A stretch of DNA of 64,000 nucleotides from the human T2T-CHM13v2.0 reference genome, Homo sapiens. The notes beneath the pieces were generated by a model. It saw nothing but the letters and a program-made list of their open reading frames with translations. It searched no databases and was not told the DNA's origin. The stretch lies in the NCBI RefSeq assembly GCF_009914755.1, contig NC_060927.1. One strand, given 5' to 3'. Made by a program: the position numbers and the translations under genes. Of the stretch, positions 45,681 through 58,658 are shown piece by piece; position 1 is the first letter of the stretch; every line of letters starts with the position of its first letter.

Positions 45681-46170
45681 GTGTATCAGTTAACTATTGC
45701 TACATAACAAACTACCCCCAATGTTAAGCATTCTTTTTATTACTGTTACTTAAAATAACAACTGCCTACTAGCTGACTCCTTCTGCTGATCTGGGCAAGC
45801 TTTGGCTGATCTCAGCTGGGCTCCTTCACATATCTGAGGTCAATTAGAGGGTTGGATGGGGCTGAGGAGTCTAGGATTCTTAGGCAGAGATCACTCATTC
45901 TCCTTATGTTTCTCACATTGTTCCAGCAAGCTAGTAAAAGCATTTCCTCACAGTGATGGCAAGGATTGTAAAAATAAATAAATAAACAGAACTGTAGAAG
46001 CATTATTTTTAAGCCTTTGTTTGCAGGAAGTTTGATTCTGTCCCATTTGCCAAAGCAAGTTTCATGTCCAAGTCCAGAGTAAGTGTGGGAAGGTACTACC
46101 AAAAGGCAGAGATACAAGGAAGCATGAAAAATAGGGTGCATTAAATTAATAGAAATTGGGTGCACTGATC
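45681..46170 (-). mobile_element. MLT1H-like LTR
   Basis: tgtatcagttaactattgctacataacaaactacccc...tcccatttgccaaagcaagtttcatg. Confidence 0.7.
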
Positions 46171-47090
46171 AATAGGAATTATAGTTTGGCCGCAGTTTCA
46201 AGCCATGTTTTCCCAACCAGTATCACCTGCATCAAAGCAGGTATTTGGCTCTGACTCTGGTATCTCTTTCCCAACTGGTTCAAAACCCTCACCCTAACAG
46301 ATGATGAGCATATGGGAGATTTACATAACAATACAAAGACATGCTTTGTACTTTGTGAATGATCTGGCCAGGCTAGTGATGCTGGCACAATTTACAGGGA
46401 CAGATATCCACCTATCCAAATCATTTTATTATATTGATTAAAATCCAGGAAACCTATAGAATACAAAAAGTTTTGAAGAAGCAGAATTTTCCAGGTAGGC
46501 ACATTTATTTAATTAGTTTGAAATTCTGAGAAAAGAAAATGTTTAAATTACTTAATTAATGATTTTAAGACCAACTAAAAGGACTTGAAGAAAGACAACC
46601 TCTGTTGGAACCTGATTCAGCTACACAGTTGCACTGTGTAAGCCCCATGATCTCATTTAATCTAATTTGGAAAACTGCAACAATAACCGTTTAATCTTAA
46701 AGATATCTCTAGAGGATCATTCCTCCTGAAGATGCTTTGTAAACTTAAAAACGTTATCAAACACTATGCCCTCCAAACTCATCCCAAGTTTATTAGTGTC
46801 ATAGAATTTTATTTTATGAAGGAAATTTAGTGAATATATATCATTACTTAGCATTGTATGTGAAACACAGCAAGTCCTAGGACAGTTAATAGCCCATTTG
46901 TCTAATTAATGTGTATATGATCTACCAGTCACTCAATACCAAGATAATCATGATTTTTCTTTGTCAGAAAACATTCTAGAAAATGAAATGTTTTGGTGAA
47001 GACTCAGAGATTTTTCTGCATATGCAAATAATTATGAAGGGAAACAAAAGAGAGCAAGTCATTAGTAAACAAACTATTTTCCATTGGTCA

Positions 47091-47631
<541 letters not shown>

Positions 47632-47874
47632 GTTAGGGCATGGTAAAAATATCAGACATTATTCTCCTAGTAGAATCGGACTTTAAATCAATAAGCAGGT
47701 AGCTTAATTTTTAATGCATTGGCATTAAACACTTTTAAATGTAGGCTTCATTCAGATTCTTGATGCAGCATTTTTTAAATGTGTAGAGCCATCTAAAATA
47801 TTTGAAAAATAAAAGACAATCTTAGCACAACAATTCTTCTTAGCATACTAGGTAAGAAATCCTCGCCATTTGGC

Positions 47875-48125
47875 CTTGGTTGAGAGCAGATTTGGAGTCT
47901 GTTAACAGGGTTTTGAAACCCATCTCCACCCTTTGCTGGCTCTGTGAGCTTGCACAAGATATTTAGTTTCCTCATTTGGCAAATGGGGATAATTTTTATA
48001 GCACTTATCTTTCATGTTTTACATGCGGGTGAGAGAACTAAATGTAATAATGTACATAAAACTTTTAACAGTAACTGGCTTACAGAAAGAACTTACCAAA
48101 TGATAGGTATTATTATTGATATTAT
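47875..48125 (+). mobile_element. MIR
   Basis: ggctctgtgagcttgcacaag...agtttcctcatttggcaaatggggataat. Confidence 0.75.
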
Positions 48126-48217
48126 TTTTGTTATTATTTCTGGAATAAAGCCTTTGCCAAATTATTTTGCCTTTGGCACTAAAAATTCATTCACAGGATT
48201 CAAAATATCTGTCCTGA

Positions 48218-48861
48218 TGCCTCTTTTCAGCAGAAGCAGCCAGAAAGAATCTTTGTCCAACACCCCATAACAGCAGTTAGGTTTACTTCTCTTGAATGGG
48301 AATAATACAGGAATTATTCAAAAATAATTTTTAGGCAGCTAGAAAGAGTAAAGGTTCTCGGCAGAATTTTCCTTTAATAAAAAGCAACCCCTGAAACTTT
48401 TCTTTTCGAACAGGAACGTGGCTTGAAAAGCCAGGCCGGCAAGCTTTTATATGCAAATGCAGGTGATTAGAGACTGGGTCCATCCAACATGGTGATTCCT
48501 GCCCTCTTCTGCTTGTCAACACATGTGCCAGGTATCATGGTCACCTCCAGATGACTCCACGTGTGCAGGACATCATGGTGACCTGTATTTGCATATTAAA
48601 AGACCAGGGTGGGAGGGCCATGTTTTTCGCTGGCTATGTGAATGACACACCTGGTCAAACCAATCCCCTGGGCCTTGTGCAAATTAGACACCACCTGCTC
48701 CAGCCTCCCAATATAGCCAACTGCTTTTCCACTACATATGGGATTTTCTCCATTCAGAGCTCTCCTCTCTCTGTATAGGGGAGCCATTTTCTTCTTTCTT
48801 CTTTCTTGCCTATTAAACTTTCTTCTCCTTAAAACCAAAAAAAAAAAAAAAAAAAAAAAAA
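48218..48861 (+). mobile_element. Processed ERV1 retrocopy: 3' internal end, PPT, U3-R (LTR9/LTR25-like) and poly(A)
   Basis: cagcagaagcagccagaaaga...aacagcagttagg...gaatgggaa, then LTR from ~48303; ATTAAA at 48812-48817; A25 at 48837-48861; no U5; GTCCTGA on both flanks. Confidence 0.78.
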
Positions 48862-49981
48862 GTCCTGAAATAGATTGGAAGGTTGTCTTCCTTCTTCCAT
48901 ATCTCCTATAATGATTCTTATGAAGAGAAATCAAATGGAAGTTCTGGGGATATGAAAGAGAAGAGAGAGACAACAGAAGAATGAGAAGAATTATGAAACC
49001 TAACCTGAAATTTAAAACAATTTCAATTTTTTTAGCTTCTTGAAGAGAAGGTTTAGCGTGATTAATAATTATTTGTTATTATTACTATTTAATAATGATT
49101 GATAATTAATAGACTTTGGTAAGCTATTTTCTACCTCTTAAAATCCCATTGTTTTAGGACTCAAAAATCCTTCTGTCATTAGGGAAAGTTTTCTCTAAAC
49201 TTTGAAAAGTTTTTTAGGATGTGGTTTTCCCCCAAACATTTACTTTACATATTCTCTTCCCTAAATTGATATTTTCAGAATGATAGAGGTTTTCCTTTTA
49301 ATTGGTAGATTTAAAAAATAAATCGGCCTAGATTCATAGAATAGAAATGACCTCTAAGCCTCAAGTTAATATTGTGAAATACATGGTTAGAGGGCCTAAC
49401 AATTAATATAGAAAATTATAAAAATAGCATAAAAGCACAGTAATAATCAATATCAAGGTAGAGAGTAATAGAAAATAATGAGTCTAGGTGAAAAATAAGT
49501 GTATTAAATAGGTATAATTTACATGAATTCTGAGATAGAGATAAATGTAATCATCTTCTGAAATAAAATTGTCTTCATGCATGTATTAATTTGTTTACTG
49601 ATTTATAGCATATTTTGGCAAATCAATTCTCAAGGACCTGCATTATCAATTCACTAATTTTGGTGTATTTTCTCAACATAAAAAGGATAGCAAAACAGAG
49701 CACAGAGAACATTTTCCTTTTGTATTTTTTAAGAATTTGAAGAACTATGGTGTTAAAGTGCTTCAACATAAAAAAAAATTCAGAAAATTGCTAATTGGAT
49801 CACTCACATATTGTTTGAACACTGCCAAGAAAGAGATGATAATGTAAGTACCTTATAGGACCTTTTATGGGATGATTTTGGTACCTCAAACTTAGTCAAA
49901 ATTGCACATTTAGGCTGACAGGTCATATTTTCTCAGATCTTCAACTTTGCTTGATTCTCGGTTGTATCAGTAGGGCTCAGC

Positions 49982-50233
49982 GGAGTGCAGTGGCACTGTC
50001 ACAGCTCACTGCAGCCTCAACCTCCCAGGCTCAAGCAATCCTCCTGCCTCAGCCCCACAAGTAGCTGGAAGTACGGGCACATACCACTACGCCTGGCAAA
50101 TTTTTGAATTTTTTGTAGAGAGAGGGTGTCTCCATGTTGCCCAGGCTGGTCTCAGACTCCTGGGGTCAAGCAATCAGCCTGCTTCAGGCTCCCAAAATGC
50201 TAGGATTGCAGGAGTGAGCCACCGTGCCTGGCC
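49982..50233 (-). mobile_element. AluJ, antisense, lacking its 3' end and tail
   Basis: cacagctcactgcagcctcaacctcccaggctcaagcaatcctcc. Confidence 0.88.
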
Positions 50234-50269
50234 TGAGCATCTTTTCATTTTATCTATCTAGCTATGTTG

Positions 50270-51140
50270 AAAGGAGGTATAGCACCATCTAAAAGAATAG
50301 AATTCTGAATGCAACAGATATAAGTTGTGTCCAGTTTTAACCAATATTAGTCATCTGGTGCTGGAAAAGTTAAAAATTCTCTGAACTCAAGTTTTCTCTT
50401 CTAAAAAAAAAGAGATCATATTTATTTTATAAAGCTACTTTGAAAATTAAATTAGGAAAAGAATATAAAATATTTGGCAAAGTACTGGCATAAGTACTCA
50501 ATTTATAGCAGCTGCTAGAATTATTATGTTATTGTTGAATGGATAAGAAACTGGCTGTCAGGAATTAGGTGAAATCCTCTGACTCAAAAGATATATAAGG
50601 GAGAATAGCTATCCTTGGGAGCTCTTGATGGAATAGTCAAAAGTCCAAAGAGACAGATGAATAGATATTGATGGACGTCTTGGAAGCACAGAGGAGGAAC
50701 ACCAGGCTAGACACTGAGATTCAGGGAAGGCCTCTGTCTAAGCTGAATCCTCAAGCAGGAGAAATGGGGAACACATGGTGTCTAGTAGAGGAAACATTAT
50801 GGGAGCAGACCTACTGGGTGTTCAGCAGGCTGGCTGGAGCAGAAATGGGAAACGAGGAAGAAACAAGAGAGGAGGCTAGAGAGATAAGTAGAGGCCAGAT
50901 CTCAAAAAGGATTCTAAAGTCAACCAGAGAATTTGAACCATATCCCAAGGCTGATAGAAAGAGCTATGAAGGGTTTTAAGGCAGAGAGTGAGAGGATCGG
51001 ATTTTCACTTTAGAAAGGTCACTGGAAATGAGAGAGGGAAAGCAATTAGGGACTCCATTTGTCCCAATTATGGCATAAAAGTAGTCTCAGCTGGAGAATT
51101 GATGGTGGGTACAAAAAAGTGGCTGGATCTCAAGAATGCT
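50270..51140. mobile_element. Degraded MIR followed by an L2 fragment
   Basis: agtactggcataagtactcaat; gaggccagatc...gaagggttttaaggcagagagtga...ttttcactttagaaaggtcact. Confidence 0.5.
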
Positions 51141-51952
51141 GAAAAATGTTGCCTTGCTAAAATTTAGCAAATGAATGAGAAAAGCAATGCACAGAGATCA
51201 TTATCCGATAAGGCTGCTAAATCCACCCCAGCCACTGGATGGATGGCTGACCTTGGTTATTTGGCCTTTGATCCTGCATATGTCTCTTTTGTCAACCAGA
51301 ACAAGTAGAAAGGAAAGAAAATTAATCTTTTCAGCCTTTTTCTACATGTTTGTGTTCTCACATAAAAACGAATTTTGAATTGGTTCTCTATATAATTTTC
51401 ACCACTTACTTTCAGTTAATTTCCATGGATAAGCAAATTAATTATATCCTGTTTCTTTACATCAACTATACTGACATGGTTCATAGGTAATTGTACGGTG
51501 TCATTTCTGCTTTACACCATCACTGGGAATATTGGATCTGTAAATGTTAGCATGCTGCTTCTCAGGAAGATACAATTTTCTTTTATTATCATTTTTTTAA
51601 ATCTTGAGGAATTCTCACTGACCTAGTTTTCTTTATTTTCCATTTCCATTTGGAATTTCATTACACCTAACATGCCATACAACAGGCATTATAATGAATA
51701 GATAACTGATTAATTGGGACCCATTTAAACTCAGTTGTAGCATAATTTCACTTCCATTTGATCCTAAGTCATTCAAGGTCTCTCTTCAGCTTGCCTCTCA
51801 GCCTCTCTCTTAATACTCCTCTCAATAGCCTTGGCTGTAGACCAATAGGTGTTTGCCATTCTCCAAACACTTGCTCACTTGCAGTTTTTATGGAGTCCCT
51901 AATGTTTCCTTGGCCTAAAACGTACTCCTTCCATGCTACCCTGATTTCATTA

Positions 51953-52330
51953 CAGTAGTGCCCCCATATCTGGAGTTTTGCTTTCGAAGGTTTCAGTTAC
52001 CTGTGGTCAGTTATGGTAAACCATGGTCTGAAACTATTAAATGGGAAATTTCAGAAATAAAAAATTCATAAATTTTAAAACATGCACCTTTCTGAGTAGC
52101 ATGATGAGATGAAATCTTGTGCCATCCTGATCCATCCTACCCAAGCCTGAATCATCCTTTTGTGCAGTGTGTCCATGCTGTGTATGCTACTCCCCAATTA
52201 GTCATTTAGCAGCTGTCACAGTTATCAGATCAACCTACATAGTGTACATAGAGTTCATCTCTATCCTCAGTTTCAGGAATCCACTGGGGATCTTGGAGCA
52301 TATGCCCCATGGATAAGGGGAGGACTCTTG
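51953..52330 (+). mobile_element. MER44A (TcMar-Tigger)
   Basis: TA-cagtagtgccccca ... ggataaggggaggactcttg-TA inverted termini. Confidence 0.85.
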
Positions 52331-52719
52331 TAATTCTTGTTCTTCTTTTCTCTGCTGAGAGATTCATTCGGAAAGGTTTCATGAACACACATGGCTCTTT
52401 ATGGAGGGCTTACTTCACATTATACTAGGCACATAAAGAATTTAAAGTTGAGCAAAGCAAACTTGGCTGTGACCCTATGGAACTTCAAGTACAGATGAAA
52501 AGACCGATGTTAATACAAACACACACACACACATGCTCACATATATGTAGAGTGTCTCTGGAATGGCATCAAGGAAGAGGTAGAAAAAGGTAGTCTCTGA
52601 AGAAAGGAAATGGTACTAGGGTCACAAAGCTAAGAAGTCTTCTTCAGAAGAAGACATTTTCTTTGGAATTATTTAAATATGTATCAGATGGATATAGTTC
52701 AAGAATCAATTAAGAAATT

Positions 52720-53400
52720 TGAAAAATGCGGTAAGTGCTATGAAGTAATAGTACATGGTACGATTAGAGAAGATACCAGAATAGCCTAATTTAATTTGGG
52801 GAGCTAATTTTACTTTTCTCTGAAGAAATGATCTTTATTGGAATAGGGTAGAATATTCCAGATAGAACAATCAGCCTAGGGAAAGGCCCACGTCAGGAAA
52901 AAGATTGACCTTCCAAAAAAAAAAGAGAGAGAAAGAAGAATGGCAGAATTAGATTGCTGAAGATGAAGTAAAAGTTGGTGAGGGGTGAGACATGAGTGGA
53001 TGAAAGAAGCTACGTTATGCAGAAGCTTGTAGATCATGTTGTAGGTTTCACATTTTATTTTAAGTGCAGGGTGGGGGATGTAAGTATTTTGAGAAGAAAA
53101 TGGTGAGATCTATTTTTCACTTTTAAAAAGTTGTCCTGGATATTCGGTAGGGAGTGTATTAGGGAGACAGTTTTATGAAGTATGTTAGGGAGACTTTTAA
53201 GACCATTGGAACAATGTTGTATTAGTACAAGTGAGATGTTCCAGTCATTTGGACTATGCCAAAGAGTGGCATAAGTAAAGAGATTCAACAAATATTGTGG
53301 AGATGTCCTAGGTAAGAATGGTAAGGCATTTTCTGTAGGCGGTGAGAGAGAGATAAGTATGACTTCCAAGTTTCTCCACAGAGCATTTTGGAATACAGTG
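52720..53400 (-). mobile_element. L2 fragment
   Basis: taagtgctatgaag, aatattccagatagaacaa, gatgacttccaagtttct. Confidence 0.55.
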
Positions 53401-53424
53401 AATTTACTTAGATGGAGATTATTC

Positions 53425-53875
53425 TGAAAAGTCTACCTACTCTATGATCCCAAGTATATGACGTTTTGAAAATGGCAACAGTCTAGAGAAAGTAAAAAGA
53501 TCATTGATTGTCATGGGTTCAGAGAAATGCAGGGAGAGATGAAATAGGTGGATCACAGGAGATTTTTAGCACAATGAAATTACTCTGTATAATACCGTAA
53601 TAGTAAATAAATGACATTATACATTTGTCAAAACTTTGTACATAGACCTGCAGGACAGAAAGAGTGAGCCCTAATGTAAGCTATGGACTTTAGTTAATAA
53701 TAGTATGTCAATATTGGTCCATCGATTGTAGCAAATGTTGCATACCAATGCAAGATGTTAGTAACAGGAAATATTGTGTGCAGGAGAGTAGGTATAGGAA
53801 AATTTCATTACTATCCAATTTTTTTTCTGGAAATCTGAAACTTCTCTAAAAAAATAAAGTCTATGAATTTAAAAA
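53425..53875 (+). mobile_element. L1MC-like 3'UTR
   Basis: gacattatacatttgtcaaaac...gagtgagccctaatgtaagctatggactttagttaataat. Confidence 0.8.
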
Positions 53876-54754
53876 GAAGAAGAAGAAGAAAGGAAGCTTT
53901 CTTCTTTTGTGGTAAACATGAGAAATGTCATGGAAGAAAAACGAAGGGGTATTCCATGAAGGAATTAGTAATCAAACATATCAAATGTTGCTGAAAGATT
54001 AAATGAGATAAAGAAATGAAATCCATTGAGTTGGACAATATGACATTTATTTGTGATTTTATTATAGCAAGAGTAGTTTCAATAGTGTAGGCAGAAGTGA
54101 TGTTCTAGCAGTGTTTCAATGGTAGAGGCAGAAGTCAGATTGGTGTGGATAAAGATAAAATAGTTCCCCTCAGAAAATTTAGGATTTAAAACTTAAAGGA
54201 TCAAGTGAACTAAAAGTACACTCTCCATAATCATATGTGGAAAAAATCCTTAAAGAATTTTTAAAACCTTGCATAGCTACAAAATACACAAAGTATGTAT
54301 ATGTGTGTGCATTGTTCAGTATTTTATATTATGCTGTAGGCATTATGCAATGGATATCTCAAGAAAGACCTAGTTTTACTAACTATCCAGCTTGAAAATT
54401 TCTTTGTTAAGCTACATATGTTTTTAAACAGGATTGGTTATAAAATTTGGAATATTATTGTCAAGGCTAGATTGATTAACAAAGAAATTTCTCACATGGT
54501 TATCATAGATCTATCACTGTATATAAAAACATATATTTTCCTCAAATATGTATGGAATATTCATAAAACATTATTCATATTTAGTATCATTGAGAAAAAA
54601 GGCAATGAATTTATGGTTACGGAGTAAGTTTAACAAAAATCTTTACTAAATATTAACTACAACTTGATGGGTGTAAAAATGAAAAGTTAGATAAAATTGA
54701 TAATATTTTAGATAGAATATAAAATATCCTCCAGGAGAAATAAAGAAAGATGGA

Positions 54755-55430
54755 TCTTTTTCTGACCAAGATAGAATAATAGCAAAAAGATATATCCTGC
54801 CTAAAACCACTGAAAAATCAACAAGATATAGTAAACAAGTTTTGATACTTTAGATATCATGCAATGAAGGTCAGTGACCCCAAAGTGATGGAAAATGAAA
54901 GAGCTGAGCTCCACGATTGCCCTAACTTACTGCCTGGCTACAGTTTACAGGATGCAGTATGGGAAACGGGAATCCAGGCAGTGTCTAGCAGTCTCCATGA
55001 GGTGAAGACACCGAGATGGGAATCTTCAGGGGCCACAGTGTCTAGAACTTGCAAGATAGAATACTAGAGAGGAGAGAGAGTGAGAACTCTGGATATAGAC
55101 AGAAGGTCCCAGACTAGTCTCCAACTTAGTACTGATTGCACATGCACATGACAAAACTACCCCAAGCCAGGAAAAGAACTATTTGAAAAGGTTGGAGGGA
55201 ATAATCCTCAAAGTGAGAACAGGCTGAAAATGGTTCCTTTTTCCACCACCAAGAGTGAAGAACGTCAAAAGTCATGGAATATTGGCAGGTTATTCCAAAA
55301 GGTTTGTCTCAGTAGTGAAAAATATTAACCTTAGACAAAATGTCATTCTGGATCAACTTGTCTCTAAGCAAGTTAAAGACTTTCCAGGACAAAGGTAAAA
55401 AATATTTGTAAGAATTTAAAAAATCCAGTA
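54755..55430 (+). mobile_element. Ancient L1M 5'-end fragment
   Basis: ccaagatagaataa...gctgagctccacgattgccctaacttactgcctgg...aaactaccccaag. Confidence 0.55.
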
Positions 55431-57585
55431 TTTGTTCTTGTGAAGAGTATTTTAAGCAACCATCACTTATTTGTTCTGAATTCTCTGTAAGTTTCTAGAC
55501 CTTAACTGTTTATACAAATGTAACTTTTGTCTAGTATCTTGTCATTTTCAAAATGCCAGATAAGTTTTCAGCAAAGTTTGAATATTATGAATGTGTGTGG
55601 TTTTAATGATTTTACATTAGTTTTCTATTTTTTGTGTGTGATTTGGGTTAACATATAAGTCATGCAATACAGTGCTAATCCAAATACAATTTGTAGACTG
55701 GAGGAAGTAAGGAGACTGTTTCTGAACCATAATAAGGTAAACACAAAAATAAAGACTAGTTTTTAGAAACTTTCAAGCCATGTGACACTGCTGCAACATC
55801 CAAACACATATTATAATTAATTGATTTGAGTCATTAAACAGAGTATATAGACCAGTTTGCATCATGAGTCATATGTGGTATGAGTTGGGTAATGGTGACT
55901 TGCAGAAGGTGTGATAGCCTGGAAATAAGATTAAAAAAATCCTGGACCACAGTTGGTTTGAGAAGCACTAATGTAAGTTATAAAATTCACTTCATGGCAT
56001 CCAGAGGAGAAGAGTATTGAAAGAGATACACAGTCATTTCTATGGAAACTGAAGCTCAAATACAACTTAAGGTCTATGTGACTGTTAATAAGGACCGATG
56101 ACATCATGTCAATACATGACAAGCATAACAAATCAAGCTGTCTTTTCAAATTTGCACCTCAAATAAAAATTACGGGGGTAAACACTTGAATTGCAGTTGT
56201 TTTTTATTAAGCTACTTCATATGTGGGCAGCTCTATGCAGTGAGTTCCAGGGTGAGAGGAGTATAACTCACTATTAATACTGCAGGTGTCAGTCTGTGGA
56301 TGTCTCTATTTTTTGCTTCCTCCCTTGTATATTCACTCATCATCATTGTCCTCAGACGCCATTGCAAAATTGTTCTTTTTTGTTGTTCTGCAGATGTCAC
56401 CAGTTTGGCAATATGAATATGTTTAGGATCATCTCTTCATGTCAATACTCTGAAAACTAAATTACCATTTCTTATTTTTGTCTTTCACCCTTTTTCCCAG
56501 TAATAAGATACGTAAGTTCTGAATATTTTCTTTTTTTTTTTTTTTTTTTTTAAAAAGAGTGACCTCCTATGCTATGAATCAAAGCAATATGATGCCAAAC
56601 TTGAACAGACAGAATGGTGGCTGCCTGGTACCATCGGCTTTATTTTTTATTATTTTCCACAGTTACCCGTTTTTTCACAGTAGGAGAAGAGAAGGATTAC
56701 CCCGCTGAGAACTCCATTTCAAATACCACAATCATTGTTGTGTGCTTACAGCGGGTCAACTGCACGCAGTGGAAGGATGAGGAATGCAGTGACAAAATCA
56801 ATAATGCTGAGTTGCTCCTTGTTGAACAGTGAAAAAATTTTATCGTTTTGTTAATAGGATAGTGTTTGTTTTTACCCCAAATCAATTAAATACAACTGGA
56901 ATGTGTATTTTATGTTTTCCTTAGAAACCAAATTAATCCACTGGTAATTGTTTCACTCTCTAGCGAATGGGCATAGACCAGCACTTTTATTCTATTTGTC
57001 TACTTAGTTTTTTAATCAGCAAGACGGGTTTAATGGCTTCCTAATTAAAAGTAACATTTTCTTAACTTTCACTTTATTTCTCCTGTTTCTTCTCCTTTTA
57101 TTGGATTATCAGATGCATTCCAATAAATAACATTTCTCTTATGCTCTTTACAATATGAAATAATAACACATCAGGAAATTTGGTGATGTCTACTCTGTGC
57201 ATGGCCTTTTGAAGGAGTAAGCATTTTGATACAGAATACCTTATATTGTCTATCTCTAATTATTTATAAGGTCATCTAATATGAGATTTGATTTTTTACA
57301 ATTAAGCAGTGTGAATAAACAATTTTGGGCTTCATTCTATCACATCTGCAAAAGCAAAGTTACAGATTCAGGGAGGTGAGGATGCAGTGACAGTAGTGTC
57401 TCCCATTGAGCACTTTCTCAAATAGGAACTTTCTGGAAATGCTTTTTTAAAATAAATAAGGTAATATTATGGCTTTAAAGATTATAATAAAAGTGTATTT
57501 AATGAACTAACATGAAAGCAAGCTCATTCAACATCTAAAGAAGGCATCTGTAGCATGATCCTACCCTTTCTATGTGCTCATTCAC

Positions 57586-57888
57586 TTTTTTTTTTTTTTT
57601 TTTTTTCAGACAGAGTCTTGCTCTGTCACCCAGGCTGGAGGGCAGTGGTGTGATCTCGGCTCACTGCAATCTCTGCCTCCTGGGTTCAAGTGATTCTCCT
57701 GCCTGAGCTTCCTGAGTAGCTGGGATTACGAGTGCCCATCACCACCCCCAGCAAGTTTTTGTATTTTTAGTAGAGACGGGGTTTCACCATGTTTGTGAGG
57801 CTGGTCTTGAACTCCTGACCTCAGGTGATCTGCCTGCCTCAGCCTCCCAAAGAGCTGGGATCACAGGTGTAAGCCACCATGCCAGGCC
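57586..57888 (-). mobile_element. AluSx-like, antisense
   Basis: Full Alu with T tract. Confidence 0.95.
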
Positions 57889-57960
57889 CTCACTTATTCT
57901 TTAACAAATGATTTAGATTCCACTCTGCTGTTGATTCTTATTTAAGTTGGTTCTGCTTAG

Positions 57961-58427
<467 letters not shown>

Positions 58428-58658
58428 GAGAATCTGCTTTTATTCTATGCTGGCATTGGCAGTATTTTAATGTATATCCATCGTGGATTAAGGATCTGAG
58501 AAGCAGGAAAACGTTGGATAGTATTAGAAAGTAAGATAGTATACTCTCATTTGTGGTTACACCATGTGTTATAACAGAGAAATATTAGGTTACAGTAGAT
58601 TAAAACATCTGAGATTTACTTCCTACTCACATGAAGTCTAACTGACATGGCGGTAGCG

